Part shown: positions 10,912 to 24,503 of the stretch, in pieces
Layout of the letters: every line of letters begins with the position of its first letter
Position numbering within the stretch: position 1 is the first letter of the stretch
DNA from: Diplonema japonicum
Taxonomy: Eukaryota; Protista; Euglenozoa: Diplonemea
Assembly: GCA_964019335.1 (NCBI GenBank)
Contig: OZ025694.1
Span: forward strand, 372,001-436,000
Reading direction: 5' to 3'
Length of the DNA stretch: 64,000 nucleotides
Notes under the pieces: model-generated
Seen by the model: the letters and a program-made list of their open reading frames with translations, nothing else
Told to the model about the DNA's origin: nothing
The model's database searches: none
Program-made: the position numbers and the translations under genes

Positions 10912-12103
10912 CTGTAAAACGAAAAACTCCCGGACGGAAAAATGTCCGAGTTTTTTTGGCGTCCGGGAATTTTTCCGTCCGGGAGTTTTTCCGTCCGGGA
11001 ATTTTTTTTAGGTAAGGCCGTCAGGGGGCCTGGTCCACTACCACCTACATACTGGCCTGGGCTGCAAACGGCAACCGCGCGAAGAAACCCCAGGGTTCCC
11101 TTTCTGCATCTTTGTCCTCTCTTGCTGCCCCTGAGGCAATCAGCTTGTCGAGCCTTCGTGTGGCCACTATTTATAACCTTAATAGATGCTTTACAGCTGC
11201 GTTCAACCCAATATCCATCTGGTGAGCCCAGGGGGACAAAAGCAATGGTTTGCGCCTGCGAACCACTCTACGCACCCATAGGCATAGGTCGTGTGAGAGT
11301 TGTGGTCGCCGACAAGCAGCAGAATTGGCCCGTTCGGCAAAACCATGGGAATCGATGATTTATAGCAAAAAGGAAGAAACAGCTCTGTAACCCAGATACC
11401 GAGTATCATAATTAGCCCAATGATTGGGCGATGCCGTTAGGCTCCATTCGGTGGGCAGGTACACGGATAACTGCCGTCGCCAAGCCCGTTTTACCTATCG
11501 ACCGAAGCAAAAACCTTGGCGGCCTCTGCCTCGGTCAGAAGAAGTTTGCGACCGACGGTAAAGGGGCAGCAACAGGCCCAACAGAGCCCCCACTCCTCCG
11601 CAGGATACCACACCCTGGCCGCCGTGATAGCAGCGTATCGCCCAATATGGGATTTAGCATCCTTCGGGGGCTGAAGCTGCTTTCGGGGGTTTGTACTGGC
11701 CTTCTCGGCCCGGTGTAAGGAGTTTATCTCCTCCACCTCTCGGGGGCCGGGGGTGTCAGCACCAAAGTTGGGCCCCTCACAAGCCAGCGCTCAACGTGCC
11801 TTGGGTAGTCGAGCTGGTCAATTTGACGAAAGAAGTACGGGTTTATGAGAAGTTAAAGATCCCGTGGGTGCTGTTTGTTGGTGCATTGAAAGGGGGAAGA
11901 AAAATTCAAACTGCCACGCAGGGTAAACATTTTGGCTCTGCACAAGTCTGCACAAGGAATAAAGCCCTTCCAGGCAAACGTGGTGGGAGCTGCTACCCCC
12001 CTTGAGTAAAAAAGCTTCTTCTCAGAAAAACTCCCGGACGGAAAAATGTTCGGGTTTTTTTGGTATCCGGGAACTTTTCCGTCCGACATTATTCGTTTTA
12101 CAG
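10912..12103. mobile_element. Non-autonomous TIR element (IS630-Tc1-mariner-like, TA-flanked), 1192 bp
   Basis: TA|CTGTAAAACGAA...CGGACGGAAAA at left and TTTTCCGTCCG..TTCGTTTTACAG|TA at right; subterminal TTTTTCCGTCCGGGA repeats; no recognisable transposase. Confidence 0.8.
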
Positions 12104-12359
12104 TAAGTCTATTTGCGGAGAATCATTTCGGAATCAAGGACTCTGAAGTGCATAGGAGAGGAGAAAACAGAAAGAAAAAAAAAAAGGAAAAAAAAAACAG
12201 AAGAAAAAAGTATTTTTGATGGGAAAAAAAAAAAAGAAATGGAAGGAAAACCCCATTCTTGCGGGGGGTTTTTTGAGATTTAAAAAAGAAAAAGGAAAAA
12301 AAAAAGATGAGTTGCTCTCTTTTTTTTTTTTTTTTTTTTTCTTTTCTCTCTTTTTTTTT

Positions 12360-12492
12360 CTCATCGCGACAAACAGCCACCGCAGGCACCAGACAGCAAC
12401 CGCAGAACGGTGACCGATTAGTGTGCATTTCTTCTTGTGTGCATTTCTTCTAGAACAGTGAGCACCCCCATGCACATGAAACTTTATCGAAT
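12360..12492 (+). mobile_element. Dispersed repeat family G (T-tract-terminated)
   Basis: CTCATCGCGACAA.CAGCCACCGCAGG(G)CACCAGACAGCAACCGC shared with 14519-14645; terminal GTGAGCACCCCC..GCAC..GAAA.(C/T)TT shared with ~14945-14992 and ~33498-33540. Confidence 0.65.
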
Positions 12493-13349
12493 TTTTTTTT
12501 TTAATTCAAAATGCAATATGGTTTAAAATTAAATTAAAAAAATGATAATAAAACTCGTATTATTATTTTTTTTTTTTAAATTCTTTTTTTTTTTCTACCT
12601 TCGCTTCCCCCCCTTACTCGAGCGAAAACTTTACCTTACATTCCTCTCGCTTCAGACGTAAGATTCTCATATTTAAGCATTCTCGCAGACCTTGTCCGTA
12701 AAAAAAGGAAGAAAAAGAAATCTCTATTCTCAGCATTTCAGTTGATGAGTGACTGGACGGGAATATATATATGAGACCGAAAGCTGTGAGGGGACCATAA
12801 GAGGAAAAAAAAAAAAAAGAAAAGCTAACAAAAGTGGGATCCAAAAAAAAGAAAAAGAAAAGACATTTTAACGCAACGCCCAATAGAATCAGATTTTGAA
12901 AAAAAAAAAGAAGGTGCTGTTGGAGTCAGGGGGGTGGGCGTTCGTTGTCCTTTTTTTTTTTTTTTTTTTTTGTAAACCCGAAAAATAACCATTTAACCCC
13001 CACTTCTCTGTGCATCATCTACCACTGCCTCGTCAATAGGAATGAAAAAAGAAGGACGAATAAAGAGAAATGGAGAAAACTTGCGGCGCTTTCCCTTTTT
13101 GCGCTTGTGCGACTTTTGGTCTAAATAAAAGACAAATAAAAGTGTGCGCACAAAAAAAAAACACTTTTTTTTTTTTTGGTTGAAACCAGTCTTCTTATGT
13201 ATTAACATTAGAACAACAAAAAGGCGATTTTATTACCTCATTCATGGGGAACGAGATGAGAAAAAAAAAAAAAAAAAAGGAAATGAAAGAAAAAAAAAAA
13301 CTAGTTGACGGCAGCGTAATGAGCCATTTAAACGGGCGAAAGATAAATG

Positions 13350-13495
13350 CACCCCTCCCTGGTTGTGAGGCCTATGGGTGTGGCGCGCTGTGTCTGAACC
13401 GTTTAGCTCAGCACTTTTTGGCACGTTGTCGATGACTGTGGTCGTTGCAAGAGCGCCTATAGGTAGAATTGGACGATTCAGTTAACAGAATAGTT
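13350..13495 (+). mobile_element. Dispersed repeat family A (SINE-like/LINE 3' end, followed by poly-T)
   Basis: TGTGAGGCCTATGGGTGTGGC...GGTCGTTGCAAGAGCGCC.ATAGGTAG.ATTGGACGATTCAGTT.ACAGAATAG recurs at 33288-33466 and 5'-truncated at 63295-63360. Confidence 0.75.
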
Positions 13496-14518
13496 TTTTT
13501 TTTTTAGCTTTTTTTTTTTTTTTTTTTTTTTTTTCCTTCTCCCTATGAAACTGCTATTATAAATTAAAAACATAGTGCGCAAAAAAAAAAAAAAAAAAAA
13601 AAAAATCAGTTTTCTCCATATTGTTCTTTTTATTTCTTCTCTTTCTTTCTCTTTCTAATTTCTTCATATTTTTTTTTTCTTTTCCATCTTTCTTTTTTTT
13701 TTATGAAGAGAAAAAGAGTAGAAAATGAAAAGTAAAAAAAAAAAAAAGATGAAGAACCAATTAGGCCACAGTGTCCCCAGATATTTGCCAAGGCCAACGT
13801 AATGAAAAAGAAAGAAAAAAAAAGAAAATCCTTTCAAGTAAAATACAGTTCTTATCGGGCTGTTTATTTTTTTTAAGAAAAAAAACCCGCTTTTGTTTTA
13901 CTACTCTTTTCTTCCATCGCTCCCCGATCCTTTCTCTTTCTCCCAGGCTCCCCCCCCCCTTTTTTTTCTCCTCTATGCAAATTTCCCTCTAAATACGGTT
14001 ATGGCAATGCTACTGGCTTTACATCTGAAAAGCAGTCTTTGTTAATGCCTTTGGCCGTATTTTTTTTTTTTTGTTTCATCTCAGTCCCCCTCCCCCCCTT
14101 TCACTAGCTCTTTTTTTTTTTTTCTCTCTTGTTCATATTAAGCATTATTAAGACCACCATCACATTGCCGTTTTCGTGTTGACGCACCCGCATCCACAGG
14201 GCTATGCAGTGGTATTGTGCAGCAAGTTCTGAGTGAGTGGGGGGGGGGGGGGGGGGGGGAGCCTGGCGTACCTATACCAAGAAAGCTTAAGACAAGATAT
14301 TGTTGTTGCATCCCACAAAAAAAAAAAAAAAAACGGCTTGCTACTATTAATCAGCCGGACTTTCTTTTGTTTTGTTTTTGTTACGTTTGATTTTTTTTTT
14401 TTTTTTAAATCTATTATTTGCTAATAAAAAAAGAGTAGCACTGGGTTTATCCCTCTTCTGCATAGGTTGCGATCTCTTTTTTTCTCTCTCTTTTTTTTTT
14501 TTTTTTTTTTTTTTTTTC

Positions 14519-14992
14519 AAGCACGACCCTATCAATGTTTCTCGCCCTGCCGCCCATCTCATCGCGACAACCAGCCACCGCAGGGCACCAGACAGCAACC
14601 GCTGAACGGTGACGGTGACCGATTCACACTGAAATTTTATCGAGTTTTTCTTTTTTTTTTTTTTTTTTTTGCAAAAACGACAACAATCGCAACAATCCCT
14701 TCGGCATCGGGTTAGAGAAGACTCCTGCCTCGAACCGAAACCCATAGTATTTTTAGCCTTTGAGCTGGTCTCAAATCCCATAGACTTTGAGCAACCCTCG
14801 GCACCAAAGACCTGCTCATGGAGAAGGCTGCTGGGCCACGATATACGGCCGATGTCAATCGACACCGCCCCCTACCAGCACCGAGCTCCATGTAATGTTT
14901 TCTCGCCCCAGATACCAGCCCAGCCCCCGCCGACTAGTGTGAGTTTCGTCGCGAGCAGTGAACACCCCCCTGCACACTGAAATCTTACCAAG
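14519..14992 (+). mobile_element. Two tandem family-G copies (14519-14645 and ~14670-14992)
   Basis: Both carry AATGTTT(T)CTCGCCC and end in CACACTGAAAT(T/C)TTA.C.AGTT. Confidence 0.55.
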
Positions 14993-15098
14993 TTCCCCCT
15001 CTCCACCCCATTTTCTTTTTTTTTTTTTACCACGACAACTTTCGCAAGAGAGCGGGGGGGAGGGCGGGGGTCCTGAAAGAATAAAAAGAAATATATAT

Positions 15099-18000
15099 AT
15101 GGTATGGCAGGTGGTGCTGCCCACTCGTCTAGCTGTCTTGCTCTGGGTGCTGGCTCACGCGGGGGGGCAGGTTATAATAGGGTACAATGAGGCACCGATA
15201 AGCCTTGATATCTCTTCTACATTTGACAACCAAGGGTGGGCACGGTGCCCAGCTGGGTACGCAATGGTGGGCATACGGCGAAACCACTGCAACAACCTAT
15301 ATTGCATTGAAGAGTTCAGGTGCGCACGGCCACAGGACTCCACAGGGTGGAAGAACTGCATGAATGTAGACATCCGGACTAAGTTTGACAATACTGGTTG
15401 GGGTGAGTGCCCTGGGAACACCTTCCTCACTGGCTTGTGGCGCACTGGTGGCGGCTGTGATGGTTTATATTGCATCGAGACGATGAACTGCTGTGAGTTC
15501 GACCACCCCAACCCCTCTACTACCTCGTGCCATGCGGACGCAAACTGGTACAGCTGCTTCGACAATGCAGGCACCTGTTGGGTTCCCAATGGCCGCTTCA
15601 TGCGAGGGCTTTATCGGAATCACTGTGATCCTCTATACTGTCTCGAGATGGCTAATCATCGATGCTTTCAGATCTACCCCACTCCAGCACCCACCCCTGT
15701 CCCAACTCCTTTACCTACTCCGCTACCCACCCCTGTCCCAACTCCTTTACCTACTCCGCTACCCACCCCTGTCCCTACTCCTTTACCAACTCCGGTACCA
15801 ACACCTATCCCACCTACACCATTCCCTGACACTACAGCACCTGACACCGCAATCCCGACATCGGCACCTGATACACCAGCACCTGACACTGCAATTCCCA
15901 CAACTGCCCCCGACACACCGGCACCTGACACCGCGATTCCCACAACTGCTCCGGACACCCCAGCACCTGACACTGCAATTCCCACAACTGCCCCCGACAC
16001 ACCGGCACCTGACACCGCGATTCCCACAACTGCCCCGGACACACCGGCACCTGACACTGCGATTCCCACAACTGCTCCGGACACACCAGCACCTGACACA
16101 GCAATTCCTACAACTGCCCCAGACACACCAGCACCTGATACCGCGATTCCCACAACTGCTCCGGACACACCAGCACCTGACACTGCAATTCCCACAACTG
16201 CTCCAGACACACCGGCACCTGATACCGCTATTCCCACAACTGCCCCGGACACACCAGCACCTGACACCGCGATTCCCACAACTGCTCCGGACACACCGGC
16301 ACCTGACACTGCAATTCCCACAACTGCCCCCGACACACCAGCACCTGATACCGCGATTCCCACAACTGCTCCAGACACACCGGCACCTGACACCGCGATT
16401 CCCACAACTGCTCCAGACACTCCAGCACCTGACACAGCAATTCCTACAGCTGCCCCAGACACACCAGCACCTGACACCGCGATTCCCACAACTGCTCCGG
16501 ACACACCGGCACCTGACACCGCTATCCCAACATCGGCACCTGATACACCAGCACCTGATACCGCGATTCCCACAACTGCTCCAGACACACCGGCACCTGA
16601 CACTGCAATTCCCACAACCGCCCCGGACACACCGGCACCTGATACCGCGATTCCCACAACTGCTCCGGACACACCAGCACCTGACACTGCAATTCCTACA
16701 ACTGCCCCAGACACACCGGCACCTGACACCGCAATCCCAACATCGGCACCTGATACACCAGCACCTGACACTGCAATTCCCACTACTGCCCCAGACACAC
16801 CGGCACCTGATACCGCTATTCCCACAACTGCCCCGGACACACCGGCACCTGACACTGCAATTCCCACAACCGCCCCGGACACACCGGCACCTGACACCGC
16901 GATTCCCACAACTGCTCCAGACACACCGGCACCTGACACCGCGATTCCCACAACTGCCCCGGACACACCAGCACCTGACACAGCAATTCCTACAACTGCT
17001 CCGGACACACCGGCACCTGACACTGCTATCCCAACATCGGCACCTGATACACCGGCACCTGATACCGCAATTCCCACTACTGCTCCAGACACCCCAGCAC
17101 CTGACACTGCAATTCCCACAACTGCCCCCGACACACCGGCACCTGACACTGCAATTCCCACAACTGCCCCCGACACACCGGCACCTGATACCGCGATTCC
17201 CACAACTGCTCCAGACACACCGGCACCTGACACCGCGATTCCCACAACTGCCCCGGACACACCAGCACCTGACACAGCAATTCCTACAACTGCCCCAGAC
17301 ACACCGGCACCTGACACTGCAATTCCCACTACTGCTCCGGACACACCAGCACCTGACACTGCAATTCCCACAACCGCCCCGGACACACCAGCACCTGACA
17401 CAGCAATTCCTACAACTGCCCCAGACACACCGGCACCTGACACCGCTATCCCAACATCGGCACCTGATACACCAGCACCTGACACTGCAATTCCCACAAC
17501 TGCCCCGGACACACCGGCACCTGATACCGCGATTCCCACAACTGCTCCAGACACACCGGCACCTGACACCGCAATTCCCACAACTGCCCCGGACACACCA
17601 GCACCTGACACAGCAATTCCTACAACTGCTCCGGACACACCGGCACCTGACACTGCTATCCCAACATCGGCACCTGATACACCGGCACCTGATACCGCAA
17701 TTCCCACTACTGCTCCAGACACCCCAGCACCTGACACTGCAATTCCCACAACTGCCCCAGACACACCGGCACCTGACACTGCAATTCCCACAACTGCTCC
17801 AGACACACCGGCACCTGATACCGCGATTCCCACAACTGCCCCAGACACACCGGCACCTGACACCGCGATTCCCACAACTGCTCCAGACACACCGGCACCT
17901 GATACCGCAATTCCTACAACTGCCCCAGACACCCCAGCACCTGACACCGCAATCCCAACTGCTGCACCTGACACTACAGCACCGGACACCGCGATCCCTA

Positions 18001-21000
18001 CTGTGTCACCTAACACAGTAGCTCCTGACACTGTGGTTCCTACTTCAGTACCCGATACGACAGCACCTGACACCGCTAACCCAACATCGGCACCTGATAC
18101 ACCAGCACCTGATACTGCGATTCCCACAACTGCCCCTGACACTCCAGCACCTGACACTGCAGTCCCAACTGCTGCACCAAGCACTACAGCACCAGACACC
18201 TCAATCCCAACATCGGCACCTGACACTACAGCACCGGACACCGCGATCCCTTCTGTGTCACCTAACACAATAGCTCCTGACACTGTGGTTCCTACTTCAG
18301 TACCCGATACGACAGCACCTGACACCGCGATCCCAACCTCGGCACCTGGCACCGCGATCCCTACTGCGTCACCTAACACAATAGCTCCTGACACTGCAGT
18401 TCCTACTTCAGCACCGGACACAACAGCACCTGACACCGCAATCCCTTCCTCTGTACCTGACACAACAGCCCCCGACACTGTGGTTCCTACTTCAGCGCCG
18501 GACACAACAGCACCTGACACTGCAACCCCAACATCGGCACCTGACACCGCAATCCCTTCCTCTGTACCTGATACAACAGCTCCCGACACCGCCATCCCAA
18601 CATCGGCTCCGGACACCACAACCCCCAGCACTGCTTCCCCTACTGTTTCCCCGGACACACCGTCGCCTGACACCGCGGCACCAACACCTGCTCCCAACAC
18701 ACCCGCTCCCGACACCTCAGTCCCGACAACAGCACCAGATACTGTTACTCCCGCTCTCAACACTGCGATCCCAACATCGGCACCCGATACACCTTCCCCT
18801 GACACTGCGATCCCTTCTTCGGCACCCGATACTTCAGCACCTGTCACCTCGGTACCGACATCTGCCCCTGACACACTGGCACCAGGACCCGTTACCACAG
18901 CCATCCCCACTTCGGCCCCTGACACAGCAATGCCCACTTCCCAACCTGACACAGCGGCACCCGACACAGTGGTCCCAACATCGGCCCCTGATACCTCGGC
19001 ACCCAACACCGCGAATCCTACCCTTGCACCCGACACTGCAGTCCCAACATCAGTCCCCGATACAACGACACCTGGGACACCGGCACCCGACACGGTGGTT
19101 CCAACATCTGTTCCGGATACATCTGCTCCCGACACAGCAAGCCCTACATCTTCCCCTGACACTGCGGCACCTACATCGGCACCTGACACACTGGCACCAA
19201 ATACTGTTGTGCCCACCTCAGTACCAACAACAGTCCCAACGGTCAGTCCTGGAACGACACAAGTACCGACCACAAGTCCCTTGACTTCAGTTCCAACACC
19301 TTCACCTGACACTTCGATACCTACCTCAACACCGACTCTGAGCCCTGGTACCACAGCATCCCCAAGCACTCCTTCACCTGATACGGCTTCACCCACAACG
19401 CCCCCTGACACGGCTTCCCCTGACACTTCGTCCCCTACCTCGGTACCCACTCTGGTCCCTGGAACCACAAGCAGTCCTACTACTTCTAACCCCACAGCGT
19501 CCCCTGACACTTCTTCGCCAGATACGGCTTCACCCACAATGCCCCCTGACACGGTTTCCCCTGACACTTCATCTCCTACCTCGGCACCTATTTTGAGCCC
19601 TGGTACCACAGCGTCTCCAAGCACTTCTTCTCCCGATACAGCTTCACCCACAACGTCCCCTGACACTTCGCCTCCTACCTCGGCACCTACTCTGGTCCCC
19701 GGGACCACAGCATCCCCAAGCACTCCTTCGCCTGATACAGCTTCACCCACAACGTCCCCTGCCACGGCTTCCCCTGACACTTTGTCCCCTACCTCGGCAC
19801 CTACTCTGGTCCCTGGAACCACAAGCAGTCCTACTACTTCGAACCCCACAGCGTCCCCAAGTACTTCTTCGCCAGATACGGCTTCACCCACAACGTCCCC
19901 TGACACGGTTTCCCCTGACACCACTTCATCTCCTACTTCGGCACCTACTTTGGTCCCTGGTACCACAGCATCCCCAAGCACTTCTTCGCCTGATACGGCT
20001 ACACCCACAACGTCCCCCGACACGGCTACACCCACCTCGGCACCTACTCTGGTCCCTGGTACCACCGTGTCCCCAAGCACTTCTTCGCCTGATACAGCTT
20101 CACCCACAACGTCCCCTGACACGGCTTCACCTGACACTTCGTCCCCTACCTCGGTGCCCACTCTGGTCCCTGGAACCACAAGCAGCCCAACCACCTCGGC
20201 ACCAACCTCAACACCTACTCTGAGCCCTGGGACCACAGCATCCCCAAGCACTCCTTCGCCTGATACGGCTTCACCCACAATGCCCCTTGCCACGACTTCC
20301 CCTGACACTTCATCCCCTACCTCGGCACCTACTCTGGTCCCTGGTACCACAGCGTCCCCAAGCACTTCTTCGCCTGATACAGCTTCACCCACAACGTCCC
20401 CTGACACGGCTTCACCTGACACTTCATCTCCTACCTCGGTTCCCACTCTGGTTCCTGGAACGACAAGCAGCCCAACCACCTCGGCACCAGCCTCAACACC
20501 TACTCTGAGCCCTGGGACCACAGCATCCCCAAGCACTCCTTCGCCAGATACGGCTTCACCCATAATGCCCCCTGCCACGGCTTCACCTGACACTTCGTCC
20601 CCTACCTCGGCACTTACTCTGGTCCCTGGAACCACAAGCAGTCCTACTACTTCTAACCCCACAGCGTCCCCAAGCACTTCTTCGCCTGATACGGCTTCAC
20701 CCACAACGTCCCCTGACACGGCTTCACCTGACACTTCGTCCCCTACCTCGGCACCTACTCTGGTCCCTGGAACGACAAGCAGCCCACCCACCTTGGCCCC
20801 GGCCTCAACACCGACACTGAGCCCCGCGACGACTCCCTCGACTGCTTCACCTACAGGTAGTCCCACATCTGCTCTGACAACGGCACCAGCCACAACGTCC
20901 CCCACAGGGAGCCCTGCGACACGGACGGCAGCCCCAACGCTGGCCCCGGTTCCTGGTATTACGGGGGCACCCCCCACAGGAAGCCCCCCCGCCACCACTC

Positions 21001-23042
21001 CCACCACCACCTCGCCGACATCAGCTCCTGTCACCTTGGGACCGACTGCTGGGACGACCGCTTCACCAGCAGGGGGGGCTGTTCCGACCGCAATCCCCCC
21101 CACCTTAGCTCCTGGTTCTTCCCCCTCGACCCTGCCGCCTGTGACCAGCTTGCCTGCTGGGGTAACGCTTTCCCCAACAACTACTGGAGTAACTCCTTCA
21201 CCAGGAGGGACAACCACCACCACCTTCAGCCCGTCGACCCTGTCGCCTGTGACTGTGCCTGTTCCTGGGACAACCCTTCCGCCAGTGACTGCTTCCCCTG
21301 CAGGGACTACGACGAGCACCTTCAGCCCGTCGACCCTGTCCCCTGCGATCGGTGTACCCCCGACAGCTTCCCCAGGAGGAGGAGGATCGAACCCCACATC
21401 CTCCCCCTTCATGATACCAACCTTCACCCCGCCTGTAGTCCCCACCTTCACCCCGCCTATGGTCCCTACCTTTTCTCCTCCTGCTGCACCCACCTTTACC
21501 CCTCCTTCTCCATCGGTTCCCACCTTTTCCCCAAGCACCTTGTCTCCGTCAGGGACGGGGCCAGCCACCACCGCCGCACCCTCATCGCCGGGGAGCACCT
21601 TCGAACCCAGCACCTTGTCTCCTGGCAGCACCTTCTCGCCGCCGACGACCTTGGTGCCGGGGACGACGGAAGCTCCTGGTGGTGGTGCTGGGGGAACGAC
21701 AACACTGTCTCCTGGCAGCACCTTCTCGCCGTCTACTTTGTCCCCCGGTGGCGGGACCCCCCCCGGGACCACACTAGCGCCTGGGACCACACTCGCACCT
21801 GGGACCACACTCGCACCTGGGACCACACTTTCACCTGGAACAAACACTTCGTCGTCCCCTTCAGGGGTTGGGGGGGAAACCCCTATTCCTACCTTGGGCA
21901 GCATAGAGAAGCCTCCAGCGAACGATGACGATGACGACAGCAGCTGGTTGTGGCTGCTTCTGCTTTTGTTGCTCCTCCTCCTCTGTTGCTGCCTGTTACT
22001 CTTGCTCCTCGCGTGGAGGAAGAGGAAGGCGAAGGAGCAGCAACAGCAGGGAGGGAAGTGGGACATGCACAGCGGGCACGTGGGGAGGGAGGACCCGATG
22101 TACGGCGAGCTGGCGTCACCACTGCATCACGAGGCGGACAACAACCCGAGGGCAGAGGACAGCTTGTATCCAGATGTGTCCCCGGGACCTTTGCTCCCCG
22201 CTTTCCTGTCACCGAATACAAACCCGAACCCGAGCAGTCCCCACGATGCGGCACACGAGCCGAACAGGGCGGCTGGGCTTGGGTCTGCGTGGACACCTGA
22301 TGCAGATGAGCCGAACAAGGCGAACGACAAGGCAGCTGGGGGTTCTGTGTGGAAACCTGATGCGGACGAGCCGAACAGGGCAAGTGATTACATTGTGGGC
22401 AGCCCGCAGACGAAGAGCCTTCCCAGCAGCGACAGCAGCAGGCCGGAGGACGCCTCGTTCGCAGAGCTCGACATCACGAAGGCCTTCCCGCCGCCACAGC
22501 TGCAGAACATATCGAGCCCGCTGAAGCGGCCGCACAGGGGGCCAAGGAGTTACGGGAGGTCGCCTGCCGTGTCGTCAGCAGCGTCGCCGTCACCCATGTC
22601 GTCTCCTTTGTCGCCACCGGTGCTGCAGAACGTGCCACCCAAGGTGCCGAAGAGGAAGACGCGGCCGATGGCGGAGCTGGCCTCGTTCGACCCTGCATGG
22701 GGGGAGGGGTCCATTGTATCTGGGCTGAGTGTCACGAAGGAACCTCTGGAGCCGTACACACCACCATCGATCACGACAGAGGGGTCGCGGCAGACACTGC
22801 TGAACCGCAGCGGGAGGCTGACGAACCCCTTAACCCCCTCCACGAAGGGGGGAGAGGCCTCGTGGGCAAGCATGAGCGTGCTCAGCATGAGCGGGTCAAG
22901 TGGGAGGACTCCTCTGGGGCAGTACTCCCCACCTTCCATCACGACAGAGGGGTCTCGGAAGACACTGCTCTCGCGCAGCAGCAGGCGGTCCACCAAGCCG
23001 CTGGGGTCAAGTGCCGCGGACTTGAGTAGTTTACAAGTCTGA
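15099..23042 (+). CDS. Giant type-I membrane mucin-like receptor, copy 2 (paralogue of 526-8784)
   Basis: First in-frame ATG at 15099 ([16 protein letters not shown]...); same architecture; stalk/TM/tail almost identical to copy 1, head differs at 24 residues. The ORF-track start 14958 is a GTG inside repeat DNA. Confidence 0.9.
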   Translation: MVWQVVLPTRLAVLLWVLAHAGGQVIIGYNEAPISLDISSTFDNQGWARCPAGYAMVGIRRNHCNNLYCIEEFRCARPQDSTGWKNCMNVDIRTKFDNTGWGECPGNTFLTGLWRTGGGCDGLYCIETMNCCEFDHPNPSTTSCHADANWYSCFDNAGTCWVPNGRFMRGLYRNHCDPLYCLEMANHRCFQIYPTPAPTPVPTPLPTPLPTPVPTPLPTPLPTPVPTPLPTPVPTPIPPTPFPDTTAPDTAIPTSAPDTPAPDTAIPTTAPDTPAPDTAIPTTAPDTPAPDTAIPTTAPDTPAPDTAIPTTAPDTPAPDTAIPTTAPDTPAPDTAIPTTAPDTPAPDTAIPTTAPDTPAPDTAIPTTAPDTPAPDTAIPTTAPDTPAPDTAIPTTAPDTPAPDTAIPTTAPDTPAPDTAIPTTAPDTPAPDTAIPTTAPDTPAPDTAIPTAAPDTPAPDTAIPTTAPDTPAPDTAIPTSAPDTPAPDTAIPTTAPDTPAPDTAIPTTAPDTPAPDTAIPTTAPDTPAPDTAIPTTAPDTPAPDTAIPTSAPDTPAPDTAIPTTAPDTPAPDTAIPTTAPDTPAPDTAIPTTAPDTPAPDTAIPTTAPDTPAPDTAIPTTAPDTPAPDTAIPTTAPDTPAPDTAIPTSAPDTPAPDTAIPTTAPDTPAPDTAIPTTAPDTPAPDTAIPTTAPDTPAPDTAIPTTAPDTPAPDTAIPTTAPDTPAPDTAIPTTAPDTPAPDTAIPTTAPDTPAPDTAIPTTAPDTPAPDTAIPTTAPDTPAPDTAIPTSAPDTPAPDTAIPTTAPDTPAPDTAIPTTAPDTPAPDTAIPTTAPDTPAPDTAIPTTAPDTPAPDTAIPTSAPDTPAPDTAIPTTAPDTPAPDTAIPTTAPDTPAPDTAIPTTAPDTPAPDTAIPTTAPDTPAPDTAIPTTAPDTPAPDTAIPTTAPDTPAPDTAIPTAAPDTTAPDTAIPTVSPNTVAPDTVVPTSVPDTTAPDTANPTSAPDTPAPDTAIPTTAPDTPAPDTAVPTAAPSTTAPDTSIPTSAPDTTAPDTAIPSVSPNTIAPDTVVPTSVPDTTAPDTAIPTSAPGTAIPTASPNTIAPDTAVPTSAPDTTAPDTAIPSSVPDTTAPDTVVPTSAPDTTAPDTATPTSAPDTAIPSSVPDTTAPDTAIPTSAPDTTTPSTASPTVSPDTPSPDTAAPTPAPNTPAPDTSVPTTAPDTVTPALNTAIPTSAPDTPSPDTAIPSSAPDTSAPVTSVPTSAPDTLAPGPVTTAIPTSAPDTAMPTSQPDTAAPDTVVPTSAPDTSAPNTANPTLAPDTAVPTSVPDTTTPGTPAPDTVVPTSVPDTSAPDTASPTSSPDTAAPTSAPDTLAPNTVVPTSVPTTVPTVSPGTTQVPTTSPLTSVPTPSPDTSIPTSTPTLSPGTTASPSTPSPDTASPTTPPDTASPDTSSPTSVPTLVPGTTSSPTTSNPTASPDTSSPDTASPTMPPDTVSPDTSSPTSAPILSPGTTASPSTSSPDTASPTTSPDTSPPTSAPTLVPGTTASPSTPSPDTASPTTSPATASPDTLSPTSAPTLVPGTTSSPTTSNPTASPSTSSPDTASPTTSPDTVSPDTTSSPTSAPTLVPGTTASPSTSSPDTATPTTSPDTATPTSAPTLVPGTTVSPSTSSPDTASPTTSPDTASPDTSSPTSVPTLVPGTTSSPTTSAPTSTPTLSPGTTASPSTPSPDTASPTMPLATTSPDTSSPTSAPTLVPGTTASPSTSSPDTASPTTSPDTASPDTSSPTSVPTLVPGTTSSPTTSAPASTPTLSPGTTASPSTPSPDTASPIMPPATASPDTSSPTSALTLVPGTTSSPTTSNPTASPSTSSPDTASPTTSPDTASPDTSSPTSAPTLVPGTTSSPPTLAPASTPTLSPATTPSTASPTGSPTSALTTAPATTSPTGSPATRTAAPTLAPVPGITGAPPTGSPPATTPTTTSPTSAPVTLGPTAGTTASPAGGAVPTAIPPTLAPGSSPSTLPPVTSLPAGVTLSPTTTGVTPSPGGTTTTTFSPSTLSPVTVPVPGTTLPPVTASPAGTTTSTFSPSTLSPAIGVPPTASPGGGGSNPTSSPFMIPTFTPPVVPTFTPPMVPTFSPPAAPTFTPPSPSVPTFSPSTLSPSGTGPATTAAPSSPGSTFEPSTLSPGSTFSPPTTLVPGTTEAPGGGAGGTTTLSPGSTFSPSTLSPGGGTPPGTTLAPGTTLAPGTTLAPGTTLSPGTNTSSSPSGVGGETPIPTLGSIEKPPANDDDDDSSWLWLLLLLLLLLLCCCLLLLLLAWRKRKAKEQQQQGGKWDMHSGHVGREDPMYGELASPLHHEADNNPRAEDSLYPDVSPGPLLPAFLSPNTNPNPSSPHDAAHEPNRAAGLGSAWTPDADEPNKANDKAAGGSVWKPDADEPNRASDYIVGSPQTKSLPSSDSSRPEDASFAELDITKAFPPPQLQNISSPLKRPHRGPRSYGRSPAVSSAASPSPMSSPLSPPVLQNVPPKVPKRKTRPMAELASFDPAWGEGSIVSGLSVTKEPLEPYTPPSITTEGSRQTLLNRSGRLTNPLTPSTKGGEASWASMSVLSMSGSSGRTPLGQYSPPSITTEGSRKTLLSRSSRRSTKPLGSSAADLSSLQV
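15861..17960 (+). repeat. 42-nt coding tandem array, 50 units
   Basis: 15861 to 17961 = 50 x 42 nt, 8 units fewer than copy 1. Confidence 0.95.
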
Positions 23043-23095
23043 TGCTTTAGGAGAGAAAAAAGGAAAGAATAATGACAGTTTTTTTTTTTTTTTTT

Positions 23096-23205
23096 GGCCT
23101 CGATTGGAACGAAAGCAATGCTCCAGAAGGGGAGTATAAAAAGATAACCCCCCCTAACCCACCCAAGGGCGGCCCTCCATGAGGGGGTTTGTCCTGCACT
23201 TTGAG
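23096..23205 (+). mobile_element. 110-bp 5'-truncated 3' end of LINE family 1 in the 3' UTR of mucin copy 2
   Basis: GGCCTC.AT.GGAA.GAAAGCAATGCTCCAGAAGGGGAGTAT...AGGGCGGCCCTC...GTCCTG.ACTTTGAG matches 37877-37983; poly-T on both sides. Confidence 0.85.
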
Positions 23206-24394
23206 TTTTTTTTTTTTTTTTTTTTTAATTTCATCTTTTTGTAACCGTCTCAATTATATGTATTTTTACATTCCTCCCACACCCTTACCTTTCCCTTCCC
23301 TCCACCACCCTTACCTTGGTGTTTTAGAAATACCTGATTACCTACTGTTCGCCCAGTATCGGTCTGCCTTTTGTTTCATTCAAATGATACATGTAGCTCT
23401 ATACAGGGAAGGGGGAAGAGAAAGAAGCAAAAAATAAAAAAACAGAAGAAAAACGGGAAAGTCTTTTCTCATTTCTTTTTTTTCTGTTGTTTCTTCTTTC
23501 TTTTTTTTTTTGTCCCCTTCTTTTGTTGGTTCCACCTTTTCTTTTTTTTTTTATTATTTCCTTTTAGTTGTCCCGCTATATCTTCCCATATCCACACCTT
23601 TCTATTCACGTACTATTGCTCGTTTTGCCCAGAAACGACGAAACTTTTTTTTTTTTTCCCCGTTCCTTGCTTCGCCCTCATAGGGCTCCCTCTCAAAAGT
23701 TTTGTTTTAGTTTTTTTTTTTTCTTTCCTTTTTTTCCTCTTTCCTACCTAGGTGTGTTTGTTCTGTGTATTTTGCGCACTACTGGCAGCGAGTCCTTTTA
23801 AACAAGGTCTTTTTTCTTTCTTTTTTTTTTTTTTTAATGCGATTGCCAAAGTGTGTATTTATTATAATATTACCTCTTTTCCCCCCCTCCCTTAAACCCG
23901 TATACTGGTGACCTATGTGATGCAGTCTTTTTTTTTTTTTTTTTTGGCGTTTTCGCGAAAAGAGTTCATAGCCAACTTGCGACAGAATACGTTTTAGTGA
24001 AGAATTAGAAGTCTTCTTCACTTTGTGGTGGCAAGCTAAACATGTTGTCCCTCTTTACAACACCCGCTTATAACACTGACGTGAACTAAGGCCCCATATA
24101 CAGTACTCTCTTCTCGTGACTTAAGCCATTTTAAAAAACCTATTGCGCGAAAAAAAAGAAAAAAAAAAGGGAGATAAGGTAGTAGTTGTAAACTTATCTT
24201 TTCGTTTCTTTTCCAACACCTTTTTTTTTTTTTATAGTCGCGCGAAAAAAAAAGAAAAAGAAAAAGAAAAAAGCGAGAAAAAAAAAAAAAAAAAAGGTGT
24301 GCGCAGTATCCTTTCAAAAACCTCTTTAATTTTTTGAGCCTCTTTTTTTTTTTTTTTTTTTTTTTCTTGTCTGTCAACCCTTTTTTTTTTTATA

Positions 24395-24503
24395 CTGTAA
24401 TAGAGTAATTTCGTCAATGAAATAGTTTTCGTCATCTTCTTTTTTTTTTTTTTTTTTTTTGCTTCGTTACTTTTTCTGTGTTGAAATTATCTTCGTTTTA
24501 CAG
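24395..24503. mobile_element. Tiny TA-flanked CTGT...ACAG MITE
   Basis: TA|CTGTAATAGAGTAATTTC ... GAAATTATCTTCGTTTTACAG|TA imperfect TIR. Confidence 0.5.

Noticed and set aside
12728-12792. Hammerhead-like TTGATGAG...CGAAA
   Set aside because: Core lacks CUGANGA, no proper stem II, no UH cleavage triplet in register.
8785-15098. Numerous short Lys/Phe-rich ORFs in intergenic DNA (also 23043-29300, 40700-42590, 56503-59980)
   Set aside because: Products of poly-A/poly-T tracts, no coding signature.
14958-15098. N-terminal extensions given by the ORF track (14958, 30222, 38073, 53050)
   Set aside because: Start at non-ATG codons in pyrimidine-tract or repeat DNA; downstream ATGs give proper signal peptides or domain starts.
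15493-18021. 842-aa alternative-frame ORF (HLTPRFPQL repeats)
   Set aside because: Off-frame reading of the 42-nt array; variation is synonymous in the main frame and non-synonymous here.
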